NCBI GenBank assembly: GCA_964035545.1
Contig: OZ037770.1
Span: forward strand, 11,800,463-11,864,462
From: Bugula neritina
Lineage: Eukaryota; Animalia; Bryozoa
Length of the DNA: 64,000 nt
Direction: 5' to 3'
Position 1 is the first letter of the stretch; each line of letters begins with the position of its first letter. Below the pieces are notes generated by a model. It did no database searches and was not told the DNA's origin. It was given only the letters and a program-made list of their open reading frames with translations. Made by a program: the position numbers and the translations under genes. Shown here one piece after another: positions 60,601 through 64,000 of the stretch.

Positions 60601-63600
60601 CCAGGAGATGCAGCCGTCGGAAGAAAAGGTAAAGCAGTCCCTTTTTGCTCTTCTTTATGATAGGACAACTTTTTGAAGGCAGCAACTCTTTTATTCGTGA
60701 AAGAAATGTCTCCTGCATTTTTTTATAACAGCTTTCATACTTTGGAATAGTTTAATTTACCTTGCATAGTAATATACATTCGTCCTGAAACAAAATTCCA
60801 AATTATAGAAAACTGTTAGACTATCAACTTTTTTAAAAGTAAGTCTTCAGGGTTTTTATTTTAATAGTAAGAAGTTTAAACAATTAAAATAATCAGCCTA
60901 ACTAATGGTATTTTATGAAGTTGGTGCACAGTTCAACGTTTAGCATTTTATATCTTAAAAAAATCAAAATTGAATTTTTGCTTGATTATGCTCTTTGTCT
61001 TGTACAATATTTGTATTAGCAAAGTCACATATTTTAGTTTGTTTAATGGAATTTTGGTAATCCATCTTAAACAGGTGCACCAGGACAGGACGGTAGACCA
61101 GGTTACCATGGTGCCAAAGGAGCCAGAGGTGAGACTCATAGGGGAGACAAAGGTCAGCCTGGTGACAAAGGACCTAAGGGACGTGTAGGTGCAAGCTTGA
61201 GGGGAAGATACGGTCCAGCCGGTGTTCAAGGACCAAAGGGAGAAGTCGGCGACAAAGGATTAGGCGGTGTTGGATACCCAGGTATGAAACTATTCAATAT
61301 TTATACAAAAAAAGAACAAAATAGATTAAGTTGACACATTGCAAAAATCTAGAGGTATTTATCAAGGATTTTGTTTCAACTTCAACAGTAAAATAGTGAG
61401 CCCTTCAATAACATTTTTGGCAATTAATGCTCAAAAGACAAAATTAAAATTACTTACAAGTGCAGAGCAGCGGTTAAAGTTGTGCTAATAACTTTTCAAG
61501 TTATTAGTAGCTATATTCAAGCCAGCATTCAATCATATAAATTATTTAAATTATTATATAAATATTATATTATATCATAAACTATTATAAAAATATTAAA
61601 GTATATAAAGTGCAGTTGAAATATGCATATTGTATTAGTAGCAAATAGGACCAGGATAAATGAAATTGGTAAAAAATATATAAAATAAATGCAATGTAAA
61701 AAGAGATGTTACAATCATAATTATTTGCAGGTCCAAAGGGATCCCGCGGAGAGCCAGGTTTGAAAGGACCAGCCTCTCTAGAAAAGGGGCCAGTCGGCAG
61801 AAAGGGAGAGCCAGGTGACCGTGGCAGAAGGTACAGAGGAACAAAGGGAGAGCGCGGAGAAATGGGACCTACAGGACCAGTTGGTGGTGAAGGCCAGGGA
61901 CCTAAAGGTGAGAAAATATGATCTGTTTGTATTGTGATATATTTACTGTGATATAAACTTACATATTTACTTATATTATTTACTTAAACTTGTTTACATT
62001 TTTACTTATATATACTTTAATGTATTTACATATCTACATATATTTACTGTAATATAAACTTACGTGTTTGGATGTATTTACTGTAATATATTTACATATT
62101 TACATGTAATGTATTATTTGTAATACAAACTTACATATTTACACATATTTACTGTGATATATTTTATCTTTGCATTTATTTACTATTAGTCATTAACATA
62201 TCTATATATTGTATTTACAGAGGTTTATTTAAATGGATTTACAGTGCTTTGATAAGTTATTATATGACAAAAACATTGCATGCAATCTGAATGACAATAA
62301 ATCAGCTTTCACTGTAGCCTACATTCTATGTTTGTATAGGACAAAGAGGATGGAGGGGCAATCAAGGAGTCCCGGGTCCAAAGGGAGAGGCAGGAGATAA
62401 GGGCAAACCCAACACTGCCCCTGGTCCAGCAGGTCCAAGAGGAGACCTTGGACCAGCTGGTCCTATGGGCGGTCTTGGTGCTAAGGGGCCAAAGGGAAAT
62501 GCCGGACCTCGTGGAAGAGTAGGTTTACAGAAATATTATTTGACTTTTACTGGTTTTAATTTTGAGAAAACTGAGCAATTATTACCTAATCATCATATAA
62601 TTTAGGATTTCTTAATCTCGATACTAGCAATGTATTATGAGATAGTTTAACAAACTGAGTCAAGCACTGTGTTTGTAAATTGTTTTGTTTATATTTTATG
62701 CTACTGCTTTTGTAGAGATACAGAGGAGCTAAAGGAGAACAGGGAGTTACTGGTGGAGTCGGACCACAAGGAGGTCCAGGAAGAAAAGGTGCATCACTCC
62801 GAGGGCCTACTGGTAAGAAAGAAGTAACAATTTATTTAAAGTATTTTAACTTTCAGACAAATATTTCTTATGTTGTTTGCCATGTTTTCTTTCATCTTCT
62901 TCACTGACAGGAAACTGCTTTTTTAAAATTACAAAAATAGAAGCTTCTTTTAACGTTTGTAGCAGAACATGAATTAGTAAAGAAACATTTTCCAGAACAA
63001 TTGTGTTGGTAGTTACGAATCTAGTTTCTTGAATATAGGTATGAAAGGTGAGATGGGAGTGCCAGGCGGTGTTGGTCCTAAAGGAGAAGTAGGACCATCT
63101 TACAGAGGTCCAGTTGGACCACCTGGACCAGCAGGCCCATGGGGACCAAGTCTGCCAGGAAAAATGGGTGAACGAGGATTAAGCTATCCTGGACCTAAAG
63201 GTAAACAAAACCAGTAGCATTACATAAACTTAATTTCCTGCTTCTACGATGCTATCATAGTGTATAAAACAACATATATTGTGAAATATTTTCTTTAAGG
63301 CCTTAAATGCTAACCTTATGGACAATTTATTTATTACTCGTCTATTTGTAGCGATCAAATTCCTAGTGGTAATATCAAATATTAAAACCTAGCAATGAAC
63401 CTTCAAAAGGGATTGTTTGGCTCTAATATATGAATAAAATTAGCGTAGCTTGTTGAGTAATTGAGATGACAACTCCAAATTAATTTTTAAAAATACTATA
63501 TTTAGTACATATCATAATATTTAGTGCAAACAATACCTGGAGCTTGATTTGTACTTTCGGCTTTGTAAAACACATTTAATTTCTATATCACAGGTCCTGC

Positions 63601-63712
63601 TGGTGCTCCTGGTCCACAGGGACCACGAGGACGTCCTGGAGCTACAGGTAAAAGCGGTTCCAGTTGGGGCGCACCTGCACCACAAGACTCTGGAGAGAAT
63701 CTCTACGGCTAA
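57681..63712 (+). CDS. Type II transmembrane short collagen with interrupted triple helix (MACIT-like / cuticle-collagen-like architecture), ~572 aa
   Basis: Exons 57681-57806, 58821-58862, 59203-59359, 59686-59886, 60117-60268, 60529-60628, 61075-61281, 61731-61907, 62340-62518, 62716-62812, 63039-63200, 63594-63712 join in frame (1719 nt). N-terminal hydrophobic helix, heptad-like [15 protein letters not shown], furin site RVKR, CPASC, then Gly-X-Y to a short tail ending ENLYG*. Confidence 0.92.
61925..62220. repeat. Degenerate AT-rich tandem repeat (tttactgtgatata / acttacatattt) in a collagen intron
   Basis: Read directly. Confidence 0.7.
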
Positions 63713-63845
63713 ATGTTAGTCTAAACACACCTACAAGGAAAACTTTATAGTCTTAAGACAGATGAGATGATGCTTACTGACTCCACACTACAGATAAAAA
63801 ATAACATTGAACAAACAAATTGTAAACCTAATCGATTTGACTATG

Positions 63846-63851
63846 AATAAA
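63846..63851 (+). terminator. Candidate polyadenylation signal of the collagen gene
   Basis: AATAAA about 130 nt downstream of the stop codon. Confidence 0.5.
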
Positions 63852-64000
63852 TGTGGAGATCGATCAATTTTAACATGATGACTACTATTTGCGCCATAAC
63901 ATGCAGCATTTGCTGTTTGCATAACTATAGAGAGTATGATATAGTGGTAAAGTATTAGTCTAGCTTATTAGCTGTTTAGATGGTGCAAATTTATTGGCTT

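Overview
AT-rich eukaryotic (invertebrate animal) genomic DNA with spliced genes; there is no prokaryotic operon or CRISPR array. Four protein-coding genes were reconstructed by hand from GT-AG boundaries and frame continuity. (1) A secreted mucin-like gene on the minus strand: signal-peptide exon 8546-8489, a 4227-nt Thr/Ser exon, a 21-nt microexon, and a Cys-containing C-terminal region that probably runs off the left edge. (2) A SPATS1-like gene (15717-20618, +) with RFX X-boxes in intron 2 and a 33-bp array of seven duplicated splice acceptors. (3) A 7-exon opsin (27319-34134, +) with the retinal-binding Lys, unusual signalling motifs (DRA, NKEHR, shortened ECL2) and a candidate in-frame 81-nt cassette exon in intracellular loop 3. 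(4) A 12-coding-exon type II transmembrane, furin-cleavable short collagen (57681-63712, +) with regularly repeated Tyr/Arg interruptions. Mobile DNA comprises two decayed Academ-type DNA transposons (TAGTCT termini, 3-bp TWA target duplications; one carries an RTE LINE fragment), a hAT MITE nested in a tRNA-derived SINE, and other SINE copies. A perfect triple p53-family half-site cluster (51936-51967) sits ahead of a decayed minus-strand transcription unit. All family assignments come from remembered motifs, not database searches.
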